Notes under the pieces: model-generated
What the model saw: the letters and a program-made list of their open reading frames with translations, nothing else
The model's database searches: none
What the model was told of the DNA's origin: nothing
NCBI RefSeq assembly: GCF_963921235.1
Contig: NC_086108.1
Span: 89,716,001-89,780,000, forward strand
DNA length: 64,000 nt
Direction: 5' to 3'
Source of the DNA: Mobula hypostoma
Lineage: Eukaryota
Shown here: positions 10,797 through 23,428 of the stretch, one piece after another
Layout of the letters: each line of letters begins with the position of its first letter
Numbering within the stretch: the first letter of the stretch is position 1
Made by a program: the position numbers and the translations under genes

Positions 10797-13262
10797 AGAC
10801 AATAGGTGCAGGAGTAGGCCATTTGGCCCTTCGAGCCAGCACAGCCATTCACTGTGATCACGGCTGATCATCCACAATCAGTACCCCGTTTCTGCCTTCT
10901 CCCCGTATCCCGTCACTCCGCTATCATTAAGAGCTCTATCTAACTCATTCTTGAAAGCATCCAGAGAATTGGCCTCCACTGCCTTCTGAGGCAGAGCATT
11001 CCACAGATCCACAGCTCTCTGGGTGAAAGTTTTTCTTCAACTCTGTTCCAAATGGTCTACCCCTTATTCTTAAATGGTGGCCTCTGGTTCTGGACTCCTC
11101 CAACATTGGGTACATGTTTCCTGCCTCTAACATGTCCAATCCCTTAATAATCTTTTATGTTTCAATCAGATCCCCTCTCATCTTTCTAATTTCCAGTGTA
11201 TACAAACCCAGTCGCTCCAATCTTTCAACATATGACAGTCCCGCCATCCCGGGAATTAACCTCGTGAACCTACGCTGCACTCCCTCAATAGCAAGAATGT
11301 CCTCCCTCAAACTTGGAGACCAAAACTGCACGCAATACTCCAGGTGTGGTCTCACCAGGGCCCTGTACAGGTGCAGAAGGACCTCTTTGCTCCTACACTC
11401 AACTCCCCTTGTTATGAAGGTCAACATGCCATTAGCTTTCTTCACTGCCTGCTATACCTGTATGCTTACTTTCAGTGACTGATGAACAAGGACACCTAGA
11501 TCTCGTTGTGCTTCCCCTTTTCCTAACTTGACACCATTCAGATAGTAATCTGCCTTCCTGTTCTTGCCACCAAAGTGGATAACCTCACACTTATCCACAT
11601 TAAACTGCATCTGCCCACTCACCCAACCTGTCCAAGTCACCCTGCATTCTCATAACATCCTCCTCACATTTCACACTGCCACCCAGCTTTGTGTCATCTG
11701 CAAATTTGCTAATGTTACTTTTAATCCCTTCATCTAAATCATTAATGTATATTGTGAACAGCTGCGGTCCCAGCACCGAGCCTTGCGGTACCCCACTAGT
11801 CACCGCCTGCCATTCTGAAAGGGACCCATTAATCCCTACTCTTCGTTTCCTGTCTGCCAACCAATTTTCTATCCATGTCAGTACCCTACCCCCAATACCA
11901 CATGCTCTAATTTTGCCCACTAATCTCCTATGTGAGACCTTATCAAAGGCTTTCTGTAAGTCCAGGTACACTACATCCACTGGCTCTCCCATGTCCATTT
12001 TCATAGTTACATCCTCAAAAAATTCCAGAAGATTAGTCAAGCATAATTTCCTCTTCATAACTCCATGCTGACTCGGACCGATCCTGTTACTGCTATCCAA
12101 ACGTACTGCTATTTCACCTTTTATAATTGACTCCAGCATCTTCCCCACCACTGATGTCAGGCTAACTGGTCTATAATTCCCTGTTTTCTCTCTCCCTCCT
12201 TTCTTAAAACGTGGGATAACATTAGCTATCCTCCAATCCACAGGAACTGATCCTGAATCTATAGAACATTGGAAAATGATTACCAATGCATCCACGATTT
12301 CCAGAGCCACCTCCTTAAGTACCCTGGGATGCAGACCATCAGGCCCTGGGGATTTATCAGCCTTCAGTCCCATCAGTCTATCCAACACCATTTTCTGCCT
12401 AATGTGAATCTCCTTCAGTTCCTCCATTACCCTAGGTCCTCTGGCCACTATTACATCTGGGAGATTGTTTGTGTCTTCCCTAGTGAAGACAGATCCAAAG
12501 TACCTGTTCAACTCATCTGCCATTTCTTTGTTCCCCCATAATAATTTCACCCTTTTCTGTCTTCAAGGGCCTAACTTTGGTCTTAACTAATTTTTTCCTC
12601 TTCACGTAACTAAAGCAGCTTTTACTATCCTCCTTTATATTCTTGGCTAGCTTACCTTTATACCTCATCTTTTCTTCCTGTATTGCCTTTTTAGTTATCT
12701 TCTGTTGCTCTTTAAAAGTTTCCCAATCCTCTGACATTCTGCTCAACTTTGCTATGTTATACTTCTCCTTTATTTTTATACTGTCCTCGACTTCCCTTGT
12801 CAGCCACGGTTGCCCCTTACTCCCCTTAAAATCTTTCTTTCTCTTTGGAATGATATTCCCAGAATACCTGCCATTGTTGTTCCACCGTCATCCCTGCTAG
12901 GGTATCTTTCCAGTCAACTTTGGCCAGCTCCTCCGTCATGGCTCCATAGTCCCCTTTGTTCAACTGTAATACTGACACTTCCAATTTTCCCTTCTCCCTC
13001 TCAAATTGTAGATTAAAACTTATCATATTATGGTCACTACCTCCTAATGGCTCCTTTACCTCGAGTTCCCTTATCAAATCCGGTTCATTACACAACACTA
13101 GATCCAGAATTGCCTTCTCCCTGGTAGGCTCCAGTACAAGCTGCTCTAAGAATCATCTCAAAGGCACACCACATACTCCCTTTCTTGGGGTCCAGTACCA
13201 ACCTGATTTTCCCCGTCTATCTGCATGTTGAAATCCCCCATAACAACCGTAGCATTACCTTT
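10797..13262 (-). mobile_element. 5'-truncated, frameshifted CR1 in intron 5 of the minus-strand gene
   Basis: ORF2 fragments 12826-13098, 11600-12550, 11155-11445; 3' UTR ends near 10797. Confidence 0.95.
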
Positions 13263-13306
13263 TTTCTAATATATGGTCTAATGTTTAAAACATATAATAC
13301 AAATAC

Positions 13307-13476
13307 CTGCTTATCTGGATTGCATCTCGATTTTGATCCATTCCCTCAGTCATGGTTTGCAATAACTGAGCTACAGTAATATGGCCTTCAGATAGTGTCA
13401 CTTCTGTCATGTTCTGGACTGACCGTACATCTGGTATATGTGAAGTGCAATGATCCATTTTTAAAGAATTATTTTC
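13307..13476 (-). CDS. Exon 5 of unidentified gene: ENNSLKMDH...NRDAIQIS
   Basis: Acceptor ttttttatcttgcag, donor CAG|gtattt; 170 nt, phase 0 to 2; overlaps ORF 13285-13497. Confidence 0.7.
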
Positions 13477-14083
13477 CTGCAAGATAAAAAAATGCAATAT
13501 TTTAAATGAAATATAAAGCTTCAGTGTTACTAAGTCTTACAGTACATTCTGCATTCATACACATAAACATCAATTTGTGAAGCTCTTAGAATCATTAATG
13601 AACAGAAAGCCATTCGCTCCATCAAATCTATAGCAGCTCTTTGTACAGCAAAACTGATGAGTCCTGATGAAGGGTCTCAGCCCAAAAATGTCAATTATTT
13701 ATTCCTCTCCATAGATGCTGTCTGACTTGCTGAGTTCTTCCAGCATTTTGTGCATGTTGTTTTGTGCAGCAATCTAGTTAGTCCCATTTCCTGGTCTTTT
13801 CCGATAGTGCTAAAAATTATTTTCCTTCAAGTACCAAAATAATTCCCTTTTGAAAATTTTCCCTGATATTTCCAATGTTATACCATGGATTAATTAAAAT
13901 CAAGATTTACTTCCTTAGACGTTCAGTGGGAAGATACGTTTTCTTTGTTCTACAAGTCAACATAGGAACAGGCTCTACATTCTTCAGTCCATTATGTCTA
14001 TACCAAACTAATCACATTTGTCTGCACGTGGTCTTTATTCATGTGCCTATCTAAATGCCTCTTAAACTTTACTACTGCATCTA

Positions 14084-15670
14084 CAGTACCTTGCAAAAGT
14101 ATTCAGCCCCCAACTCTTTGTTCAAATCAATGAGTATTACAACCAGGAGTTTTGATCAATTTAGCGAGAATTCTTAACTGTGAAACACATGCTCCTTTTT
14201 TCATAGTAGAGCCTAAAAACAACAGGGAAAATTGTAAAACAAAAAATTCAAAAAACTGAAATGTTAGCAGTTCAAAAGTATTCTTCCCCCTTTGCTCAGT
14301 ACTTGGTTGAACCAACTCTCACAGCTATTACAGCCAGTAGTCTTTTTGGATAGGTCTCTATTAGCCTTGCACAATACGATGGAGCAATATTTTCTTATTC
14401 CTCCTTGCAAAATTGCTCAAGCTGTACTAGGTTAGTTGAAGAGTGGCGGTCGACAGCAATCTTGGGGGATCTTGCCAAAGATGTTCGATCGGGTTAAGGT
14501 CAGGACTCTGACTGGGCCACTCAAGGACATCAGTTTTCTTCGTTTGAAGCCATTTTATGGTTTCTTTGGCAGTGTGTTTTGGTTTGTTGTCCTACTGAAA
14601 GACCAACCTCTTCCCCAGTTTAAGTTTTCAGGCAGAAGCTAGCAGGTTTTTAATCCAGGATCTCTGTATTTAGCAGCATCCATCATCCCCTCAATCCTGA
14701 CCAGATTTCCAGTCCATGTTGCTGAAAAGCATCTCCATAGCATGATGCTACCTCCACCATACTTTCCAGTAGGATTGCTCTTACCTGGCTGATGCACAGT
14801 ATTAGATTTATGCCACACATACTGCTTAGTGTTGAGGCCAAAGTGTTCTGATCTGACCACAAGACCTTTATCCATACCTTTACAGTATCTTCTAAGTGTG
14901 CTTTGCAGAGTCTTTACAGGTAAGGGTATGCATTTTTTTAAGCCAGGGTCTCTTCCTTGCCACTCCTCCATAAATAGCTTTTTTGTGCAAGGCCTTAGAG
15001 ATTGTGGAACCATGATCTTCATCTCCATTTGCAGACATTGACTTCTGCAACTTACTCCCAGTGACTGTTGTCATCACAGTAGCCTCTCTTACAAGTGACT
15101 AAGTTTAAGAGGGGTGGCCCAACCTAGGGCAGCGTGTCAGTGGTTTCATATTTTTTCCACTTTTTCACGATAGATGCACTGAGCTCCGAGGTATATTTAG
15201 TTGGTCTTGTACCCTTCTCCAGATTTTTGCTCCTCTGTTATCATTTCCATGACTTGTCTTGACTGTTCTTTTGTCTTCACTTTGGTTTGGTATGTTGAAA
15301 AACTACCATATTGTTACCTTACAGAGAGAAGGGGGATTTACACCTATGAATTCATTGAAAGCAGATGATCCTCCAATTTTCTACATCAACAAATTAGTTG
15401 AGTTGGCAAGATAATACTCTATGTTGCACCAGATGAAATTTAGTGTAGTAAATACAAAGGGGATGAATACTTTCCCAGCCTCACATTTTTGGTTTTTAAT
15501 TTTTAGTAAATTATAGATATGTTTTGGAATTTTTCTTTTAATATGACATGATAAAATATTTTGTAGATGATTAGCTCAAAAAACTCCTACTTCAATATAT
15601 TTTTACATTAGAAAATGAGATAGTAAAATGTGAAAATAATTGTGGGGCTGAATACTTCTTCAAGGCATTG
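14084..15670 (-). mobile_element. Tc1-family DNA transposon (IR/DR type) with a decayed transposase
   Basis: TA flanks; TIRs cagtaccttgcaaaagtattcagcccc / ggggctgaatacttcttcaaggcattg; inner direct repeats about 14271-14291 and 15457-15476; KYGGGSIMLWRCFS motif. Confidence 0.93.
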
Positions 15671-15982
15671 TACTGCTACCATCTCCCCTGGCAAGACGTT
15701 CCAGGTACTTATCAGTCTCTGTGCGGAAGCCTGCACAGAGTTCAACTGAAATGGTTCTATGCTTGACAACATATATTCATGCGTACTATTTGTTGTATTA
15801 TGATAATTTATTTCTAAAAGATTACTTTCTTTGGAACAGGATTAAATTTATCACCTAAAACTAAAACCTAGTGCTGTAAAGTAACAATAATCACAATCAT
15901 ATCAGTAATTAAAAACATGATGGAGAAAATGGTTTTTAAGCCTTTGGTATAAATGAACAAACTGGATTTAAACATTTATTAC

Positions 15983-16087
15983 TTGCAGGTATTTCGCTTG
16001 ATTTTGTAACTTTGTTGTCCCCTTATTTCGATGCAGTGATTGTTTGGAAGGAAATGGGCGGAATGCTGGAAGAAGCATTGCTGTAGC
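15983..16087 (-). CDS. Exon 4 of unidentified gene: ATAMLLPAFRPFPSKQSLHRNKGTTKLQNQAKYLQ
   Basis: Acceptor tctttatcttctattaatag, donor CAA|gtaata; 105 nt, open in phase 0 to 0. Confidence 0.7.
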
Positions 16088-16302
16088 CTATTAATAGAAG
16101 ATAAAGACATGCTGCTGTTACAGTACTGTGACATATGATTGTTAAAACCAAGACACTCAACAATTAGAAGAGAGCCAGCTGTCTGAACATATATGGTGGC
16201 AGTACAAAAAAATTATCTACAATATTCCTATATTGTCTTGCTTACACTGATTAAAAATATTTCTGTTAAGTAATTTCAAAATGTAAAAATCTATGATATT
16301 AA

Positions 16303-16305
16303 GCG

Positions 16306-16336
<31 letters not shown>
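16303..16336. repeat. (GC)6(AC)11 compound microsatellite
   Basis: Directly visible alternating purine-pyrimidine tract. Confidence 0.95.
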
Positions 16337-16337
<1 letters not shown>

Positions 16338-16750
16338 CACTCTAAGATTCTCCAAGTTAAGTTAAGATTGCAATCATGATTTTAATCCAACTATTTTTGC
16401 AATTCACCTTTGGTTGCATGCGCACTAGAGCTACAACTGCACTTTGCACTCCACTTAGGAAATTCAAAAATATTTGAGACAGAGCAGAATGCACAGTCAT
16501 TAAACTGTTGAGCTTAGTGTATGTAACCAATTAATAATATTTGACCCTTTATAACTTGTATCAGTTCACTTATTTGACCTTTGCTCAACTGTGGAAATTC
16601 ATTTCATCAGATTTCATTACCAATCAGAATTTGAGTAATTTTATTAATGTAGTTATACATTAATAGCTATATAGTAGTTGAAAATAATTATAATATAAAT
16701 TGATTAATGATATTAAGTATATAATTGTTATAAATGCTGTTCTCTCAGAA

Positions 16751-18274
16751 AAACATAGAAACATAGAAAATAGGTGCAGGAGTAGGCCATTCGGCCCTTT
16801 GAGCCTGCACCGCCATTTATTATGATCATGGCTGATCATCCAACTCAGAACCCCGCCCCAGCCTTCCCTCCATACCCCCTGACCCCTGTAACCACAAGGG
16901 CCATATCTAACTCCCTCTTAAACATAGCCAATGAACTGGCCTCAACAGTTTGCTGTGGCAGAGAATTCCACAGATTCACCACTCTCTGTGTGAAGAAGTT
17001 TTTCCTAATCTCGGTCCTAAAAGGCTTCCCCTCTATCCTCAAACTGTGACCCCTCATTCTGGACTTCCCCAACATCGGGAACAATCTTCCTGCATCTAGC
17101 CTGTCCAATCCCTTTAGGATCTTATACGTTTCAATCAGATCCCCCCTCAATCTTCTAAATTCCAACGAGTACAAGCCCAGTTCATCCAGTCTTTCTTCAT
17201 ATGAAAGTCCTGCCATCCCAGGAATCAATCTGGTGAACCTTCTTTGTACTCCCTCTATGGCAAAGATGTCTTTCCTCAGATTAGGGGACCAAAACTGCAC
17301 ACAATACTCCAGGTGTGGTCTCACCAAGGCCTTGTACAACTGCAGTAGTACCTCCCTGCTCCTGTACTCGAATCCTCTCGCTATAAATGCCAGCATACCA
17401 TTCGCCTTTTTCACCGCCTGCTGTACCTGCATGCCCACTTTCAATGACTGGTGTATAATGACACCCAGGTCTCGTTGCACCTCCCCTTTTCCTAATCGGC
17501 CACCATTCAGATAATAATCTGTTTTCCTATTTTTGCCACCAAAGTGGATAACTTCACATTTATCCACATTAAAATGCATCTGCCATGAGTTTGCCCACTC
17601 ACCCAACCTATCCAAGTCACCCTGCATCCTCTTAGCATCCTCCTCACTGCTAACACTGCCACCCAGCTTCGTGTAATCCGCAAACTTGGAGATGCTGCAT
17701 TTAATTCCCTCATCCAAGTCATTAATATATATTGTAAACAACTGGGGTCCCAGCACTGAGCCTTGCGGTACCCCACTAGTCACTGCCTGCCATTCTGAAA
17801 AGGTCCCGTTTATTCCCACTCTTTGCTTCCTGTCTGCTAACCAATTCTCCACCCACACCAATACCTTACCCCCAATACCGTGTGCTTTAAGTTTGCACAC
17901 TAATCTCCTGTGTGGGACCTTGTCAAAAGCCTTTTGAAAATCCAAATATACCACATCCACTGGTTCTCCCCTATCCACTCTACTAGTTACATCCTCAAAA
18001 AATTCTATGAGATTCGTCAGACATGATTTTCCTTTCACAAATCCATGCTGACTTTGTTCGATCATTTCACCGCTTTCCAAATGTGCTGTTATCACATCCT
18101 TGATAACTGACTCCAGCAGTTTCCCCACCACCGACGTTAGGCTAACCAGTCTATAATTCCCTGGTTTCTCTCTCCCTCCTTTTTTAAAAAGTGGGGTTAC
18201 ATTAGCCACCCTCCAATCCTCAGGAACTAGTCCAGAATCTAACGAGTTTTGAAAAATTATCACTAATGCATCCA
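16751..18274 (-). mobile_element. 5'-truncated CR1 of the same young subfamily as 4501-8327
   Basis: 476-aa ORF nearly identical to the ORF2 C-terminal half (FADD changed to FADY); same TTTCTATG tail. Confidence 0.97.
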
Positions 18275-18811
18275 AACCTTAGGTACAAAATAATAAGAGT
18301 TTATCAAAAGCACATGTGATTCTGCAGATGCTGGGAATCCAGAATAACAGACACAAAATGCTGGAGAAACTCAGTCCTGATGAAGGGTCTTGGCCCAAAA
18401 AGTTAGCTCTTTATTCTTCTCCATAGATGCTGCCCGACCTGCTGAGTTCCTCCAGCATTTTGTTTGTGTTATTCCGTACTTTATTAAAATGGAGCAATGT
18501 TTCTGCCTGATAGTTGGGCATTAATGTTCTTTATGTAACGTTGGCATGAAAAATTCAAATGTGCTTTGCATTGTAGATCATTAAATTTCTTCAGCAATGC
18601 AGTGAAGACAATTAAAATAGCCCAGCCTACTACACAGAATCAACAAATGCTTCAGAGCAGAAAGAGGTGACTCAGACTATAATGCTTGAAGTGGCTTTTT
18701 GAAAGGCCTAAATAATACAGGCCGTCCTAAGAGAGGAACAAGAGAAAAAGCTAAGTTAACTTAATTAGCAAATCTCCAGTAAAAATTATCACTAAAAATT
18801 AATGCGTTTAC

Positions 18812-19854
18812 CACAGATTTTGCACGTTCAAACTCTTGTTGATCCATCTGTGAGATGCATTCCATAGTTTCCAGGGATGTACTTTTATCTTCCAGCAGAG
18901 TGATTCTAGCCAGCTGATAATTCTGACGTTTACTTTGCATTCGTTCTTTGGATAAACTTTGAATAATATCATCAGTGTGATTATTTTTGCTTCCACCAGG
19001 GTATATATTTACACCTTCTTTAGCCATATCAAGCGGGTTCTGCAAATGGCACGTTGCAAGATACCGTGCTGATAAGCCTGTAAAGTTAGCTAGCTCCTGA
19101 AAACGATTGCTGTTGATCTGCCTGTCCATTGGTCTTTCTGTAAGACAGTCAACTGCATATGTTTGACCTATTGTACTACACGAAGTGGATTCTTGTGCTG
19201 TTCTTAATATCCCTGAATCAGTATTTCTTTTAGATGAGGTTCCTTTAACTTGAAAAAGTCCTTCCTTCCAATTAAACTTCTTTTCACTGCAAATTTCGGG
19301 ATATTTAGTTTTATTCTCCATCTTTGAACAGGTGGGTAGTTTACCTTCCAACTTAAATGCAGGAAGTTGGTTTACTGTTGAAGTTTCATTATTCTTTAAA
19401 AGCTGCCCAGAGCACTCGTTGTGACGTTGATCATGGCACTCAGAAATTTCTGATCTTGATTCTCTTACCTGCTTCAAATCATTCAATTGATTGTCAGTTG
19501 ATTGATGGTTTGTCATGGACAACACGAGCTTTCTACATTGATTGTTAGAAGAGGTTGTTTTTTCAATATTATTATTTTGTGGTTCAGTTATATGTTTGGC
19601 CACTGGTGGGGCAGGGTTGCACATCTCCAATGATGACTCATTTGGACACTCAGAGCTAACAGAACATTTGTTCAGATCCTTGGCTGCAAGTTGTTGTGAG
19701 GAACATTTACCCTTTTGGTGGCTGAAATGCTCTTCATTCGTTGTTTCTTTACTTGCACCATGCAAAGTATTTAACAAGTGCGATGAAACAATAATTCTGT
19801 TCACATCAAGGTGGTTGCATTTGAGCTTTACATCTGGTTGCACTTGCCAATGAC
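18812..19854 (-). CDS. Exon 3 of unidentified gene: 1043-nt exon encoding an S/N/K/E-rich, probably disordered region
   Basis: Non-repeat 360-codon ORF (18761-19843); acceptor ttctttgctgttcag and donor GTG|gtaaac; phase 1 to 0. Confidence 0.8.
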
Positions 19855-20119
19855 CTGAACAGCAAAGAATCCTTCAATAACAGAGCAATATTTTCTTACA
19901 TTTAGTCAGTGTGACTTCATAGTGACAAAGCATCTTAAACCAAGGAGAAGATGATGCCACTAAATAAAAGAATTAGCAGAAATAAAAAGAATTAGCAGAA
20001 ATAGCAGTCAACTCTACCAATCAATGCAGTCAAGGCTGATCCAGTCTTGGCCTCAACCAATTTATCTACTCTCTCCCTATACTCATCGGCTCTCTTTTGG
20101 TCCAAACATAATGTATTTT

Positions 20120-20990
20120 GATAGAAGGAATAAAAGAGTAGACTATTTTCTAAATAGGGAGCAAATTTAGAAATCAGAGGTACAAAGGGGCTTAGCAGTC
20201 CTTGTGCAGGATTCCCTAAAGATTAACTTGCGGGTTGAATTGGTGATAAGGAGAGCAAATGTAATGTTACCATTCATTTTGTGAGGACTGGAATGTAAAA
20301 GAAAAGATACAATGCTGTTTTATAAGGCATACACCAAACCTCATGGAGTATAGTGAGCAGTTTGGGGCCCTCAAGCAAAAAGGGATGTTTATAGAAAGGG
20401 TCCAGAGGAGGTTCATAAAAATGATCCCAGGAATGAAAGGGTTCACATATGAGGAGCATTTGACGGACTGCGCCTCTTCCTATAGATGCTGCTTGGCCTG
20501 CTGCGTTCACCAGCAACTTTGATGTGTGTTGCTTGAATTTCCAGCATCTGCAGAATTCCTGTTGTTTGCCTTGAGCCTTTACTTCAGTTTCAGTAGAATG
20601 GGGGAGGAGCTCATTGAAAGCTATCGAATCTTGAAAGGCCAAGGTAGAGTGGATGTGGAGAGGACGTTTCCTACAGTGGGGGCATTTACAACCAGAGGGG
20701 ATTGCCTCAGAATACAAGGACATCCCTTTAGAACAGGGATCAGGAGTAATTTATTTAGCCAGAAGGGGGTGAATCGGTGGAATTCATTGCCAGAGTCAAC
20801 TGTGGAAGCAAAATCATTGGATATATTTAAAATGGAGGTTGATAGTTTTTTGATCAATAAGGGCAACAAAGGTTATGGGGAGAAGGCAGGAGAATGAGGT
20901 TGAGAGGGATAATAAATCAGCCATGATGAAGAGGCACAGACTCAATGGGCAAATAGGCCTAATTCGGCTCCCATGTCTTATGCCCTTATA
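20120..20990 (+). mobile_element. Degraded CR1 3' fragment with a nested Penelope tail (20466-20569)
   Basis: ELIESYRILKG...FSQKGVNRWNSLP plus 3' UTR. Confidence 0.85.
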
Positions 20991-23082
20991 AACAGTATTT
21001 GGAGATACACATTAAAGCAGAGACTGAAATGCAGGAACACCAAGGTTGAAGGAAGGGGTTCCTGATGAGGAGATAGAGTCAGCTGAAGGGTTGTGTTTGA
21101 GGTGGGGGAATGAAATAAGTCTGAGGTGCAGAGGTGATGTTAGAGGACCAAAGTTCTAAATAACTGTTAACTTGCTCTCAGTCAAACTATACATATCCCT
21201 AATTCAACACAGCTCACCTTGTGAAAAGCTCTATATCATCATCCCCCTAACTTGCCTTCTGGTCAGCTGTTGCCAGTGGAAGGTGGGGAAACAGGTACAG
21301 TTCCAAAGGCACTGTATTGCCTTTAGTACCTATCAAACGTTTTGGCAGCGAGCGCTGTCAGGTGTTCTGACAGGAGGGAGTTTGCATCGAAAGCCAGTCC
21401 AATCATTGCCAAACGCCACACATAAGGCTGATCAGCAAGTGATCAAGATGAGAAATCTTGGCCATCTTCCACTAAACTAGGACCCTGAGGCCAAGGAAAA
21501 TCTCCTACTGGCATCCTCTCCTGTACAATTAAACTGAATGGACTGCGAATCAAAACCAGATCCCACTCAGTCACCATTGTGCATTTACATATGAAATAAA
21601 ATCACTGAGCTCTGGGGGGAAAGAATTACAATTATAAATCACTCCCTGTGGGTTCCGTAAATTACACTATTCAGAAATATCCTCCTGACTTGTTTCTGTG
21701 ATTAGTGCGTTTCATTTGTGCAGCTGTTTGATTTCCATTTAGAAACAAACAGTCTGGCTCAATTAAATCCGAAGATTCATTTGAAATGCCATAGACTCGG
21801 TGGTGATTGACTTCTATCTTCGTCAACAGCTTTAATTGTTTAACGCGATTTTCAGCGAAGGGGGATAAGTTCTTTGATAGTAAAGGTGAGTTTTGTGGAG
21901 TGTGTATTACTCATCTTTACGCACTCAGCTCCACTGAAATCATTGCAACTAAATGAGCAGAAGTGAGCACAATATACTGTATGGCTACAATTTAGGCACA
22001 TGATTAAAGCTGCTGAAGGGTCTTCAACCTGAAAAAGAGCATACAATAGAAGATAATTTGTGTGCATTGCTTTGGATTTCCAGCATCTACAGACTTTTGT
22101 AGATAGAAGATTAGCTTTATCTGTCACATGTATATCAAAACATACAGTGAAATGCGTTGTTTGTGTCAAATCAACTCAGCGAGGATTGTGCAAGTGCTGT
22201 CACACTTCCGGCACCAGCATCGAATGCCCACAACCTACTAACTCTAAACATTCGTCTTGGAACATGGTAGAAAACCAGGCACCTGAAGGAAATCCATGTG
22301 ATCACAGAGACAATGTAGAGCTCTTCACAGATAGTAGCAGGAATTGAACGCTGATATTACAGCGGGCACTGGGATAGTGTTAGACTAAGTGCTACGCCAC
22401 CATTATATCAGAGCAGAATTCAGATATTCACCCCATCAAGTCTGCCCTACCACTCAGTCATAGCTGATTTTTTTCAACCCCGTTGTTCTCCCCTCTCCCC
22501 ATAAACCTTAACCCCCTTATCAATCAATAACCCATCAATCTCTGCCTTAAACACACCCAGTTACTTGGGCTACACACCCCTCTGTGGCAATGACTTCCAC
22601 AGATTCAGTTACAATTTTATTTCTCTTTCCATGAATGCCACCTGACCCAATGAGTGTTACTAGCTTTTTCTGGTTTTATTTCAGAATGCAACATCAGCAG
22701 TTTTTGTTTGATTATTTGATAAAGTGGCAAACCCAAGGAGAGGAAGCAGTTAAGAATTCAGGAAAGAGGACCAAAAGATTAATTAAGGGAATAAAACAGG
22801 TGAAACAAAAAGAAATACTTTCAAGAAACATAAAAGAAGATTCTCTAAGATTCTCTATATTCCTGAGAAGTCCCTGAAAAATTAAGGGTGACAAAACCTC
22901 CCTCAAGAAAAAAGCAGAGAGAAAATGGGGGAACGACATATTGGTTAGACTAACATCAGTAGTGGGAATAATTTCTAGCGACTACTATAAAAGATGTGAT
23001 AGAAGTCCATTCAGAAAATATCAATTAGATTAGACAAAGCAAACATGTGGTTAGAAAATTGAGAGTGTTTGACAAACCTACT

Positions 23083-23428
23083 AAAAAAAATCTAGTACTT
23101 TCCCAGCGTTTATGACAAATAAACTCTTCTCGGGCTTTCAGCCGGGTACAGGTATTGATTTTAACCACCTAGAGAACAAGAATTTTAACAAAGACAAAGT
23201 TCTCGCTCTGAGTAAGAACTGAAATTCACTTGTAAACAAGGTGGGAGAGTGGAAACCTGATTGGATCAGGACGAACCAATCAGGAGGGATGGACTACAGG
23301 GGCACAAATACCAAGGAACTAGACAAGCCCAGGCAACACCCCTGATGAAGATGGCAGAGTTTAGCATTGAAACATCGGTTATAATTGATACTTGTACCAA
23401 GCTGAAAGCCCAAGAAGAGTTTATTCAT
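23083..23428 (+). mobile_element. Second Penelope-like family: 3' fragment with inverted terminal copy and hammerhead
   Basis: NFNKD...LS endonuclease-end motif; 23109-23167 is the reverse complement of about 23377-23431; 9-bp TSD aaacctact (23074-23082, 23429-23437). Confidence 0.75.
23338..23380 (+). ncRNA. Hammerhead-like motif of the second Penelope family
   Basis: CUGAUGA-A-GAUG...CAUU-GAAA-CA-UC; longer stem II, weak stem I. Confidence 0.55.
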
